The notes beneath the pieces were generated by a model. The model worked only from the letters and a program-made list of their open reading frames with translations. It made no database searches and had not been told where the DNA came from. The position numbers and the translations under genes were made by a program. From a virus (Duplodnaviria; Caudoviricetes), in IMG/VR virus record IMGVR_UViG_3300013121_000017, positions 197,681 through 261,680 of that record: a DNA stretch of 64,000 nucleotides. One strand, written 5' to 3'. Shown here in pieces: positions 35,645-44,820 of this stretch. Within the stretch, counting starts at the first letter, position 1; each line of letters begins with the position of its first letter.

Positions 35645-35658
35645 GAGGTATATACCTC
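35645..35658. promoter_or_regulatory. Perfect 14-bp palindrome GAGGTATATACCTC, candidate bidirectional late promoter
   Basis: Lies between two divergent genes with capsid-targeting-like N-termini; contains TATATA. Confidence 0.6.
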
Positions 35659-35663
35659 CAACT

Positions 35664-35933
35664 ATGATTTCTTTCCGTGAGTATCTGGTCCGCGAAGGAC
35701 GGGACGACCTAAAGTCCCGCTTGTCCAAGCACGTCAAGCACCACAACACCTGTAAGGCGTTGGAAGACGCTTTTCCTGGGGAGGAGCTTGACAAAGCCAA
35801 GGAGAAGATCTATACTGGTAAGAAGTGGAACAAGAAGTCAGAGAAGTTGTCTCTGGCGAAGTTCCGCGACGACAGCGACAAGAAGTGGGCTGATTTGTGG
35901 TCGGCCATGACGGCAGACATGCGGAAAGACTGA
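35664..35933 (+). CDS. Putative internal head protein (capsid-targeting-like N-terminus)
   Basis: MISFREYLVRE; no SD; 9 nt after TATATA. Confidence 0.68.
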   Translation: MISFREYLVREGRDDLKSRLSKHVKHHNTCKALEDAFPGEELDKAKEKIYTGKKWNKKSEKLSLAKFRDDSDKKWADLWSAMTADMRKD

Positions 35934-35935
35934 AT

Positions 35936-36315
35936 GGGGATGTACAGGTTTCGACATGGTACGCAAGGTACGAGTCGCATGCCGTGGTTGATCGAAGGGC
36001 CACGTTAAAAATCGGTCAAAAACCTAACTGGCAACACCAGTGGTCTGCGCATGGTGGGTGACCGCCCCGCGCTCCGTCTCGCAGCCTAACTGCGACGGGT
36101 CTACGAGGGACTTCAGATAACTCGTAGGTCCGCAACATCATCTGGATCGGCTGAGTGGGTTGTCCTGTGACACTCGGTCGGAATCATCTGGGACTGGCCT
36201 TCACCTGGGCTGTCGGACCTGGGGGTGAGGGGAGGAGAGTCAGGACCGTCTAAGCATGTGAACGAGGCTTTTACTGACCGTAGTATGGACCGGGGTTCGA
36301 TTCCCCGCATCTCCA
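35936..36315 (+). ncRNA. ssrA: tmRNA, tag (A)GNTSGLRMVGDRPALRLAA; CCA not encoded
   Basis: 5' GGGGATG..GGTTTCGAC; 3' GACCGGGGTTCGATTCCCCGCATCTCCA; G3-U acceptor pair; tag ORF 36030-36089 after TAACT, ending LAA-stop. Confidence 0.95.
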
Positions 36316-36317
36316 CT

Positions 36318-36356
36318 AAACACCCCGCTGGGAAACCAGCGGGGTGTTTTTGTTTT
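36318..36356. terminator. Intrinsic terminator after tmRNA (bidirectional)
   Basis: AAACACCCCGCTGG-gaaa-CCAGCGGGGTGTTT-TTGTTTT. Confidence 0.88.
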
Positions 36357-36651
36357 ACCCCATCCAGGGGTCATCGATGCTGCGGAGGTCTTTCTTCCGC
36401 TTTTTGCGACGGACTTTCTTGGCCCGCCGTCGCGCCCATCCCCTCCTGGCGGCGTCGGAGCGTCGTTGACGTTCCTCGGCTTCTTCCTCGGCGATGTCTT
36501 CGTCAATTTGCTTTAGCTCGGCCATCCACTCGCATTCGAGCAGATCCATGTCGTGGCCTTCGTCGTAGTTGAATGGCTCACGTCGCGTCACGGCTCGCTC
36601 TTCGGGCGAAAGATCGTTGCCCAGGTCGTCTTCGGGGTCGTCGTAGATCAT
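36355..36651 (-). CDS. Hypothetical acidic/basic protein
   Basis: SD AGGAGG; acidic N-terminal half, Arg/Lys-rich C-terminal half; ends LRSIDDPWMG. Confidence 0.65.
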   Translation of the reverse strand: MIYDDPEDDLGNDLSPEERAVTRREPFNYDEGHDMDLLECEWMAELKQIDEDIAEEEAEERQRRSDAARRGWARRRAKKVRRKKRKKDLRSIDDPWMG

Positions 36652-36799
36652 TGTTGCCTCCTGTACCCAGATAACGGCACAAAAACGTCTATCGTCCGAA
36701 ATACGGGCCGGGCTTTACAACTTTTCCAAAATCGGGTAGATTTGGGGGCCGAAACTGACTTGGCCGGTTTTCGTTGCTATACTTCCATCAGGAGGTACT

Positions 36800-37927
36800 A
36801 TGTCAACGGAAACCAGCAACGATAACGACGAATTGAATGAAATCCTTGCTCGTCCTTCGGCTCCAAGGAGCGATGATGGACGCCCGGCCAAGGTGCGTGG
36901 GGGCTGCAATCCTATCGCAGACTGTGCTGAAGAAGGCGACGGTCATGGTGATGGGCGACTACGCGGCAGTACCCAGTGGACCACCGGGGACAACAAGCGA
37001 TTCGTTCCCGCCTCGAAGACGTGCAAGCGTCTCACTCCAGCGACTTACGAGATCAAGAGTAGCCCCAACATCGGCCTCTATTTCGAGAAGATCCCCATCA
37101 ACATCGAAGGCTTGGTGCGGTTTCCGCAAGCCAATGCCGACAAGGTGCTGACCGAGATCCAGAAGTTCTGGGACCGCGATCATCTCTTTTCGGAATACAA
37201 CCTTGTCCACAAGCGTGGCATCCTGATGTGGGGGCCAGCCGGCAGTGGCAAGTCGTCTTGCATCAAGTTCGTCATGAAGGACGTGATCGAGGAACGCAAG
37301 GGTATCGTGATCAAGTTCACACACCCGAAGCTGTTCATCGAGGGCATGCGAATCTTCCGTGAGATCGAGCCGGGAACGCCAGCCGTCATTCTCATGGAGG
37401 ACATTGACGCCATCATCGATAGTTACTCCGAGTCGGAAGTCTTGAACATCCTTGACGGCGTTGACAGGATTGACAAGATCGTCTTCTTGGCTACAACGAA
37501 CTACCCGGAGCTTCTGGGGGCGCGTATCGTCAATCGGCCAAGTCGGTTTGACAAGAGGATCAAAATCGGTCATCCTAATGCGGAGTCGCGGATGATCTAC
37601 CTCAAGCATCTCATCTGCGACAATGACAGGGCAAAGACCGAGAGTTTGACCACCGACAAGAAGAAGAATGAGTACATCCTCAAGAAGGCGAAGAGCCTGG
37701 GGATCGACCTTGAGCGATGGGTGAAGGATACGAAGGACTTCAGCATCGCGCACTTGAAGGAACTCTTCATCGCTACCGTCATTCTTGGTGACGATTACGA
37801 TGATGCAATCAAAACCCTCCGGTCGATGAAAGACCAAATTCGCAGTGCCGACGCAGAAGGCGGCGGTCGTATGGGATTCATGCAGTGCGGCGACGACGAT
37901 GACGGTTATTGCCCCAAAGCTGATTGA
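36800..37927 (+). CDS. AAA+ ATPase (single domain, BCS1/FtsH-like clade)
   Basis: RGILMWGPAGSGKS, ILMEDID, LNILDG, ATTNYPE, RPSRFD. Confidence 0.9.
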   Translation: MSTETSNDNDELNEILARPSAPRSDDGRPAKVRGGCNPIADCAEEGDGHGDGRLRGSTQWTTGDNKRFVPASKTCKRLTPATYEIKSSPNIGLYFEKIPINIEGLVRFPQANADKVLTEIQKFWDRDHLFSEYNLVHKRGILMWGPAGSGKSSCIKFVMKDVIEERKGIVIKFTHPKLFIEGMRIFREIEPGTPAVILMEDIDAIIDSYSESEVLNILDGVDRIDKIVFLATTNYPELLGARIVNRPSRFDKRIKIGHPNAESRMIYLKHLICDNDRAKTESLTTDKKKNEYILKKAKSLGIDLERWVKDTKDFSIAHLKELFIATVILGDDYDDAIKTLRSMKDQIRSADAEGGGRMGFMQCGDDDDGYCPKAD

Positions 37928-37957
37928 TGCGGAGCCGTCACCCGCTTCGGAGAGGAC

Positions 37958-40780
37958 ATGATGACAGAGCTTCAACAACTGCGGGAGATGTGCCGTTCTC
38001 AACTCCTCAATCTCGGGATCAACGACGACCCCGCCTATCAGAGTCGTCTGAAGTGGGAGATCGCGGAAGTCAAGGCCCAGGACGAAGCGGCCTATTTCCT
38101 CGATCTCCACGCTCGTCGTGTCAAGTTCCCCTACAACGAACGCAACCTTCTGATCTGCTGGCTGCTCGGCCTCTGCGACGACTTCAAGATTGATGAAGAC
38201 CCCGAGTGCATCTACGGGGAATACCCGGACATCGACGTTGACTACTTGAAGACTGTTCGGGACTACCTCAAGAATGTGTGGGCCGTCAAGGAATTCGGTG
38301 CGGACTATGTCTGCAACATCGGCAACTACGCCACGTTCGGCATCAAGATGGCGTTCCTTGATTGCGCCAAAACCTATGGGGAAAACCATCACGAAATCCA
38401 GGCGATCACCACCCAACTCAAGCTGAAGGACGACGAAGGCAAAGCCCTCACGTTCGACAAGGCGATGGAGTTGTACCCGGAATTGAAGGCGTACAGCGAG
38501 AAGTATCCTCATGTCGCCAAGGCCGTCAAGAAGATGCTTCACCGCAATCGCGGCATGGGCAAGCATGCTGGTGGCCTCATCATCGCCGACAGCCGCATTG
38601 ACGATCTTGTGCCACTGGTCAAGAACGCGAAGGACGGTTCAATCTCCAGTGCGTGGGTAGAGGGTCTGCACGGCCAGGACTTGGGTCCGGTCGGCTTGAT
38701 CAAGTTCGACATGCTCGTCATCGCCGACCTTGAACGCATTGCCCTGATCAACCGGCTCATCAAGAAGCGGCATGGTTTGGTCGGCGTGTGCGCCCGGCCA
38801 GAGACACCGGACTGGGACTGGAGCGACGGTTCGTACCGCTGCGATGAGAAAGCCCTCAACCTCGCCAATGGCGGCGACCTTCTGGGCGTCTTCCAGTTCG
38901 ACTCGGACGGCATCCGCAAGTTGGCCCGCGATGGCGGCGTTACCAACTTCCGCGACATCGTTGCGTACTCGGCCATCTACCGGCCCGGTCCCCTCAACAT
39001 GGGGATGCACGAAACTTACATCGAACGCAAACACGGGCGAGAGAAGTACACCGTTCATCCGCTGCTCGAACCGTACCTCGGCTACACCTACGGGGTCATG
39101 TGTTTTCAAGAGCAAGTTATGCAGGTGCTTCACCATGCGGGCGGCGTTCCGCTGAAGGACACCTACGCGGTGGTCAAGGCCATCGCCAAGAAGAAGATCA
39201 AGGGTTTCGCCAAGTACAAGGAACTATCTCTCAAGGGCTTCCAGAAGAACCTGGGCCTGTCGGAGAACGAAGCCAACGCTCTTTGGGGAGCTATCGAGAG
39301 CTTCGCGGAATACGGTTTCAACCGCTCACATAGCTGTGCGTACAGCTACGTTTCGTCGCGTCTGCTGTACCAGAAGGCGAACTACCCACTGGAGTTCTGG
39401 GCCGGTACGCTGGCTGTCGAAGAAGACACTGATGTTCTCAACCTGTACCGCCGGCAGGCCAACAAGGCTGGCATCACAGTCAACAGGATTGATTTGAACC
39501 GCAGTGCCGAAACGTTTGGTATCTGCCCGGAGAATGACGAGATTTACATGGGTTTCGGCAACATCCGAGGCATTGGCGCAAATGCTGCCAAGCGGATCGT
39601 GGAAGCCCGTGGAGATGCCGATTTCAAGGGCATCGAAGACTTCATGAATCGTTTTGGGACCGATGCTACGGTCTTGCGGGCATTGATTGGGTTGCGGCTT
39701 TTCAAGGAAGCCGATCCGATCACGTTGGCCAAGTTTGTCGAATACTACAAGGAGACGGCGACCAAGCACAAGCAGCGGCATCAGCGTTTCACCAAGAGTA
39801 TGGAGAACTATGACGCCAAGTTGAAGGCGTTGGTCCCTGAGCGTTTCCACAAGTGGATGGCCTGGACGGAGCAGTTCGTGGAACTGATGAAGACCCGAGG
39901 CAAGCTTGACGTGGATCAGGAGATCGAAGTTCAGGTTGAGGAAGAGTACGAGACGGGTGAAACGCAGGAGGTTGAGGAGACGACTTACCGTCCGAAAGAC
40001 CCCAACTTCGATACCACACTGTTCGACATCGACCAGCTTGAGGCGGATGACTTGGAAGAAGTCATCGTCAAGAAGACTGTGCCGGTGATGGCGACCCGCA
40101 CGATCACCAAGAAGAAGAAGTTCAACGCCTACAAGCAACTGAAGAAGGAATTTCAGATGCGTGCCAGGAGCATCAAGCAGTACGAAGAACGCAACGTCGA
40201 AGAACAAACGAACCCGGTGTCGCTGGCGACGTTCAATCCGGCCAACGAAACCCTGAACCCCAAGCATGTCGCTGTGCTGCGTTCGCGCCGCAACAGTGAG
40301 TTGGAGTACCTGGGTTTCGAGTGGGAAACTGAGATGGAGCGTAGCCCGGACTTCAACCCGGAGAAGCCGAACACCTACGATGTGGCCGAAACCCTGGCTG
40401 CACAAGGCAAGTCTGCCATTCAGTTGGATGGCGAGCTTGTGGACGTACAGAGTCGGCAGTCCAAGGCAAAGAAGACGACGTATCACTCTCTTCTATTACA
40501 GGATGCTGTCGGACGGCGAGGCTACATCAACGTCTGGAAAATTGAATGGGAACGTTGGAAGGCAGATCTCAAGAAAGGTAACTTGGTTAGTCTGGTCGTC
40601 CGTCCACCGTCCGGCGGCTTCAAGAGCTATTCACTGTGGTCCCCGCCAAGGGATGAACCCTGGAAGGCCAAGGGCGTACCCCAGGTGCAGTTGCTTACCA
40701 AGGCCGAAGAAGAAGTCATGACGGACGACGACTTCGAGAAGAAGATGGCAGAACTAACCGGAGAGGCAGAGAATGAGTGA
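37958..40780 (+). CDS. dnaE: DNA polymerase III alpha, catalytic C-terminal part
   Basis: YPDIDVDY, GKHAGG, GLIKFDML, GVFQF, YRPGP, YGVMCFQEQVM, YGFNRSHS, HhH GFGNIRGIG, OB fold. Confidence 0.92.
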   Translation: MMTELQQLREMCRSQLLNLGINDDPAYQSRLKWEIAEVKAQDEAAYFLDLHARRVKFPYNERNLLICWLLGLCDDFKIDEDPECIYGEYPDIDVDYLKTVRDYLKNVWAVKEFGADYVCNIGNYATFGIKMAFLDCAKTYGENHHEIQAITTQLKLKDDEGKALTFDKAMELYPELKAYSEKYPHVAKAVKKMLHRNRGMGKHAGGLIIADSRIDDLVPLVKNAKDGSISSAWVEGLHGQDLGPVGLIKFDMLVIADLERIALINRLIKKRHGLVGVCARPETPDWDWSDGSYRCDEKALNLANGGDLLGVFQFDSDGIRKLARDGGVTNFRDIVAYSAIYRPGPLNMGMHETYIERKHGREKYTVHPLLEPYLGYTYGVMCFQEQVMQVLHHAGGVPLKDTYAVVKAIAKKKIKGFAKYKELSLKGFQKNLGLSENEANALWGAIESFAEYGFNRSHSCAYSYVSSRLLYQKANYPLEFWAGTLAVEEDTDVLNLYRRQANKAGITVNRIDLNRSAETFGICPENDEIYMGFGNIRGIGANAAKRIVEARGDADFKGIEDFMNRFGTDATVLRALIGLRLFKEADPITLAKFVEYYKETATKHKQRHQRFTKSMENYDAKLKALVPERFHKWMAWTEQFVELMKTRGKLDVDQEIEVQVEEEYETGETQEVEETTYRPKDPNFDTTLFDIDQLEADDLEEVIVKKTVPVMATRTITKKKKFNAYKQLKKEFQMRARSIKQYEERNVEEQTNPVSLATFNPANETLNPKHVAVLRSRRNSELEYLGFEWETEMERSPDFNPEKPNTYDVAETLAAQGKSAIQLDGELVDVQSRQSKAKKTTYHSLLLQDAVGRRGYINVWKIEWERWKADLKKGNLVSLVVRPPSGGFKSYSLWSPPRDEPWKAKGVPQVQLLTKAEEEVMTDDDFEKKMAELTGEAENE

Positions 40781-41408
40781 GCTTGTAATTGACCAAAGTA
40801 ACTTCAACCAATACTTCCATGATGTGAGAACCAATCAGCCGCAACGTGGTCAGGTCATGGCACGTTATGCGGCTTCAGCAGAACTGGTTGACGGCGGCTT
40901 GAAACGCGATCTCATCGACATTCTTTGTCTGCATGAGACGCCAGAGACGGTCGTCAAGCTCATGCGGAAGATTGGGTGTGCCACTGAGCGTGATTCCTGG
41001 GCCGTGCCGTTGCAGATGGCCAAGGACTTGCTTTCAGGTGAAGCCCCGGACACAGTGGCCCACAAGCCTTACAAGTTCGTTTGTGAGGCGTTCTTCTACA
41101 CCCAGAAGGAATACATCCCGCTCGATGATCCTCATTGGAGTTGTGTGACCCTGGCGAACCTCGATGAGTTTCTTGACGCCAAAGACAACCGGCTGAAGAT
41201 GCAGAAGCGTGTCTTGACCGCTGAGGAAGTCTCTACCGAGGAGAGGGCGATCCTGGCAGACGCTGTGCGAGTAGCAGATGCAGAGAATCCTCCAGAGAAT
41301 GAGGAAGCTCTGCTTACATACGGGCATGACGCAGCAAGGAGCGGCGGTGAGGAGGGTCTTGACGACCCACAGGCCGAAGCCGGGACAGTTCTCGACGGCG
41401 GACAGTAA
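40773..41408 (+). CDS. Hypothetical protein
   Basis: 211 aa, overlaps the dnaE stop. Confidence 0.7.
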   Translation: MSELVIDQSNFNQYFHDVRTNQPQRGQVMARYAASAELVDGGLKRDLIDILCLHETPETVVKLMRKIGCATERDSWAVPLQMAKDLLSGEAPDTVAHKPYKFVCEAFFYTQKEYIPLDDPHWSCVTLANLDEFLDAKDNRLKMQKRVLTAEEVSTEERAILADAVRVADAENPPENEEALLTYGHDAARSGGEEGLDDPQAEAGTVLDGGQ

Positions 41409-41862
41409 ACCTGACGGAACGTTGATCTCGCATTCGTGGTGGGATTGTCGTGAACTGTTTCAGGAGGACTTTACCAAGAGAACCGAGACTATCCTCTTCG
41501 CCCATAAATCCGGTCACTACCCTCGAATTCGTACCTTCATCTCGATAGCTGAAGAGTTGCTCAACGCACCCACGTCTGAAGTTGGTCCGACCCAACGTAA
41601 GACGATCAGCTACATCATTCCTTCCGACTTCTGGACCCAATGTCCGATGCGCCGCAGTTTCTTCTCCATCCTCCTGCGGGCGAGCGTTCGCTACCAAGGC
41701 GACTTCGACAAAGCTCTTTACCGAAACGTGTATGTCGCAAGCACCAGACGAGCCGTCGAGCGGTTCTTTGGCGGACACACCACATACAACGGCAAGAAAA
41801 CGGGGTGGTGCGACCAGTTCCGGGGCAAGTCTACGAAACAGATCCAGCGATTACTGTCCTGA
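41278..41862 (+). CDS. Hypothetical protein (start uncertain)
   Basis: 194-aa ORF overlapping the previous gene. Confidence 0.55.
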   Translation: MQRILQRMRKLCLHTGMTQQGAAVRRVLTTHRPKPGQFSTADSKPDGTLISHSWWDCRELFQEDFTKRTETILFAHKSGHYPRIRTFISIAEELLNAPTSEVGPTQRKTISYIIPSDFWTQCPMRRSFFSILLRASVRYQGDFDKALYRNVYVASTRRAVERFFGGHTTYNGKKTGWCDQFRGKSTKQIQRLLS

Positions 41863-41902
41863 ACTGTGTAGATAATGGGAGTGCCGCCACAGGCTAAAAA
41901 GG

Positions 41903-42604
41903 ATGAACATGACTCAGAAGAAACAAGCAGCAGGGTTCGATGATTGGGTAGACATGTGGGATAAGGCCCAGTCTGACGGTACGTTTGATAACGCCCCGAA
42001 GCCGCCGGCTCCGACTAACCCCGGCAGCTTCTTCGGCATGCAGTATGCCGGGGCTGATGCCGACATGCCGCCAGAAGACGCCGAAACAGCGTATTGGAAT
42101 CAGGTCTATCAGCGTTCCAACAATGCAGGGGATGCTCCAGACATTGGATCGCCCGAGGTGCTTCAGGAACAGAAGAAGCCGGTCGAGAAGCCGTCTGACA
42201 AGAAGGAACGGAAGAAGCAGCGTCTGCCTGAGCGGAAGCCTCTTCCCGAGACGCGGCCTCTGAAGGAAGCCAAGAACAATTCCGATCCGAGCAACGCCGA
42301 ACTGGGAAAGATCGCAAAGGCCCAGCTTCGCAGCCCGAACCCCATCTACTACTACAGTGCCGGCAAGGATCAGGAACCGCACGTCACCCAGAACTGGGCG
42401 ATGGGTGGCAAGGAGATTGCCGAACTGGAAGACATGAAGGTGAAGTTGCACCAACTCGAAAACAAGCTGGCCACTATGATAGGAGAAGGGAAACCCGACC
42501 GTCAAGTTCAGAAGCTTGAGTCCGAGTTGCGTAAGCTCCGTGACCGCCTCGATGAACTGAGCGATTCGCTCCACGGCGGCTGGGTAGGCGAACCGAAGGA
42601 CTAA
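41903..42604 (+). CDS. Hypothetical late protein with C-terminal coiled coil
   Basis: TAGATA at 41869-41874; 'GFDDWVDMWD'; heptad repeat at the C-terminus. Confidence 0.75.
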   Translation: MNMTQKKQAAGFDDWVDMWDKAQSDGTFDNAPKPPAPTNPGSFFGMQYAGADADMPPEDAETAYWNQVYQRSNNAGDAPDIGSPEVLQEQKKPVEKPSDKKERKKQRLPERKPLPETRPLKEAKNNSDPSNAELGKIAKAQLRSPNPIYYYSAGKDQEPHVTQNWAMGGKEIAELEDMKVKLHQLENKLATMIGEGKPDRQVQKLESELRKLRDRLDELSDSLHGGWVGEPKD

Positions 42605-42606
42605 AA

Positions 42607-43173
42607 ATGGGGATCAAACCCTGGATAGCACCAGATTCTGTCAACCAGTTGCTTGACAAGGTGTTCCAGCAGCATCACGCCGACCGTCTTGGCGATTTGA
42701 AGGTATCGGTCAGCTTCGATGACTCTAAACCCTTTGTAAAGAACAAGATGAATCTCGGCAAGCTCGTCAAGGTACGCGATCTTGACAAGCTGCACATGCG
42801 TGACCCACTGGACTTTTATATCGTTGCGTGTTCCGACTTGTGGCATTCGGTACTTAACGATCACCAGCGGGAAGCCTATATTGATCTACATCTGACCCGG
42901 CTGGCTCCTGAGTACCAGCCGGTGACGGTGGTGGAGAACAAGAAAAAGAAGGTAGTCAAGGACCAGTGGGGTCGGGTAGAATACACGACCGATTTGAAAC
43001 TGGACGCCAACGGCGATCCGATCTGGCGTGTGATGCCTATTGATCTCTACGTCTGTGCGGCCAATGCCCGGAAGTACGGGTTGTGGCTGGAGGCGATGGA
43101 GGAGTTCGACGCGGCTTGCCGACAAGGGAAGTCAGCAGTACCTGTCAAGGATGCACGGGAAGCCGTTTCTTAG
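42607..43173 (+). CDS. Phage metallopeptidase-like protein with degenerate HExxH
   Basis: LGK..V..DFYIV..W..L..QREAYIDLHLTRL (family typically ..ALIDHELxH). Confidence 0.55.
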   Translation: MGIKPWIAPDSVNQLLDKVFQQHHADRLGDLKVSVSFDDSKPFVKNKMNLGKLVKVRDLDKLHMRDPLDFYIVACSDLWHSVLNDHQREAYIDLHLTRLAPEYQPVTVVENKKKKVVKDQWGRVEYTTDLKLDANGDPIWRVMPIDLYVCAANARKYGLWLEAMEEFDAACRQGKSAVPVKDAREAVS

Positions 43174-43181
43174 AGGAAACG

Positions 43182-44342
43182 ATGAGTAAGACAGAAAAGA
43201 CCGGGGCGGTTTTGGAAGCTCCTGGCGACAAACAGGCCGCTGCTGTGGCCGAGGAAGACTGTAGTAAAGCCGAGCCTGACAATCGGAAGTTGACGTGCCT
43301 GGAAAAGGCATTCAAACTGTGTCAGGAGCGGCTTGTGGCTCCTACAAACCGAGCAGCCATCTTCGCACACCCGACCCCCGACCCGGACGCCCTTGGTTCG
43401 ATGATGGGTCTGGCGTGGTTCCTTCGCAAAGCCTTCGAGATCGAAGTGGACTGCTTCTACGACGGGAACATCAGCCACCCTCAAAATGTGGCAGTGGTGA
43501 ACCTGCTCGACCCTGAACTGAAGAGTCTCGAAGACTTCAACAACGCCAACTACGGCATGCGTTTGCTGGTGGACACGGTCCCCTCGCACGCCGCCGTGGG
43601 CAAGCACAACGTCGATTTTGACCTCGTCTTCGACCACCACAAGGAAACACCGAACGGTGGCTTCCGTGGCCTCTTCATCAATATGAAGGCCGGCTCCTGC
43701 TGTGCCACGATCTACCAGATGATCAAGCATCGCGGCCTAACCTTCGTTTCCGGCAATGACCGGGACAGCAAGATCGCGACCGCCATGATGGTCGGCATCG
43801 CTACCGACACCGAGAACCTGCTCTCCGACGATACAACGGAGTACGAGTTCGAGGCGTACTGGAAGCTGTTCCCGTTCCGCGACCCGGACGCTCTGAAGAA
43901 GATCGTCAACTACAAGCGTCCGAAAAGCTGGATCGACGCCAAGGCCCAAGCCGCAACCACAGCAGTCGTCAACGACGGTGTGGGCGTGGTCGGCCTGGGT
44001 TTCATCTCCAGCAAGCAACGCGATCTGATCGCGGACGTGGCCGACGAGATGTCTACCTGGGCCAGTGTGGAGACTGCCATCGCTTTCGCTGTCGTTGACG
44101 GCGACCGTATCGAGGGCAGCGTCCGTAGTACCAACCCCAGCGTGAGTGTGCCGCAACTCTGCAAGGATCTCGGCATGAAGTGTGGCGCAGGCGGCGGCAA
44201 GCTCGGCAAGGGCGCGTACCGCTACGGCGTCGGCGGCGTGGCTATCGAGGAAGACGAAGAAGAGGATACCCGCACCAAGATGTGGGAGTTCATCCGCACC
44301 AAGGAAACCCGTCGTATCACCAAGATTGCCCGGAGCAGATAA
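43182..44342 (+). CDS. DHH/DHHA1 phosphoesterase (NrnA-like)
   Basis: HPTPDPDALGS, LVDT, FDHH, GIATDT, GSVRS, GAGGG. Confidence 0.88.
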   Translation: MSKTEKTGAVLEAPGDKQAAAVAEEDCSKAEPDNRKLTCLEKAFKLCQERLVAPTNRAAIFAHPTPDPDALGSMMGLAWFLRKAFEIEVDCFYDGNISHPQNVAVVNLLDPELKSLEDFNNANYGMRLLVDTVPSHAAVGKHNVDFDLVFDHHKETPNGGFRGLFINMKAGSCCATIYQMIKHRGLTFVSGNDRDSKIATAMMVGIATDTENLLSDDTTEYEFEAYWKLFPFRDPDALKKIVNYKRPKSWIDAKAQAATTAVVNDGVGVVGLGFISSKQRDLIADVADEMSTWASVETAIAFAVVDGDRIEGSVRSTNPSVSVPQLCKDLGMKCGAGGGKLGKGAYRYGVGGVAIEEDEEEDTRTKMWEFIRTKETRRITKIARSR

Positions 44343-44461
44343 TGCTCAAGCTGATCTGTGTGCTGGTCTTTGCCCTTCTTGCCGGCCTGATCGACAAGAA
44401 CCTGGGGGGCGGTGTCATCCTGGGGGCCATTGTTACAGCAATCCTTCTGAAGAAGGACTAA
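44342..44461 (+). CDS. Small membrane peptide (39 aa)
   Basis: TAATG overlap; two hydrophobic stretches. Confidence 0.55.
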   Translation: MLKLICVLVFALLAGLIDKNLGGGVILGAIVTAILLKKD

Positions 44462-44550
44462 TAACCTCCGGTCCCGAACGTGTACATAGCGTCGTGATGC
44501 TCCTGGCATCACGACGCTATTATATTTCCAGGGAACCATTTAGGAGGTCC

Positions 44551-44820
44551 ATGACCACAACCGAGAATCGGGTGGGAGATACAACCACCCCGCAGGCAGC
44601 CGCTCCAACCATCCATGAAGCTTCTTACGTTCCGAAGGTAGTCAAGTTTACCATTCGATGCCAGAAGTGCCGTTGGGCCGAGGTCAACGGTGGTACTTCG
44701 CCGGAACTGAAGCACCTGCACGAAATCCCCAACAACTGTCCGACGTGCGGCAAGGCACGGCAGTTTCGCTGTCCAAAGTGCGGCAGGGCGGCGAAGATGA
44801 CCCGAGTTAAGGGAGCTTGA
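44551..44820 (+). CDS. Zinc-ribbon protein
   Basis: SD AGGAGG; CQKC, CPTC, CPKC. Confidence 0.75.
   Translation: MTTTENRVGDTTTPQAAAPTIHEASYVPKVVKFTIRCQKCRWAEVNGGTSPELKHLHEIPNNCPTCGKARQFRCPKCGRAAKMTRVKGA

Noticed and set aside
36280-36318. tRNA gene (GGTTCGATTCC T-arm)
   Set aside because: It is the 3' tRNA-like domain of the tmRNA; there is no anticodon arm.
33660-38230. Split intein or intron joining the two dnaE halves
   Set aside because: No Cys/Ser-start N-intein or HN-C/S C-intein motifs at the ends; the intervening DNA holds ordinary genes and tmRNA, with no recognisable group I/II features.
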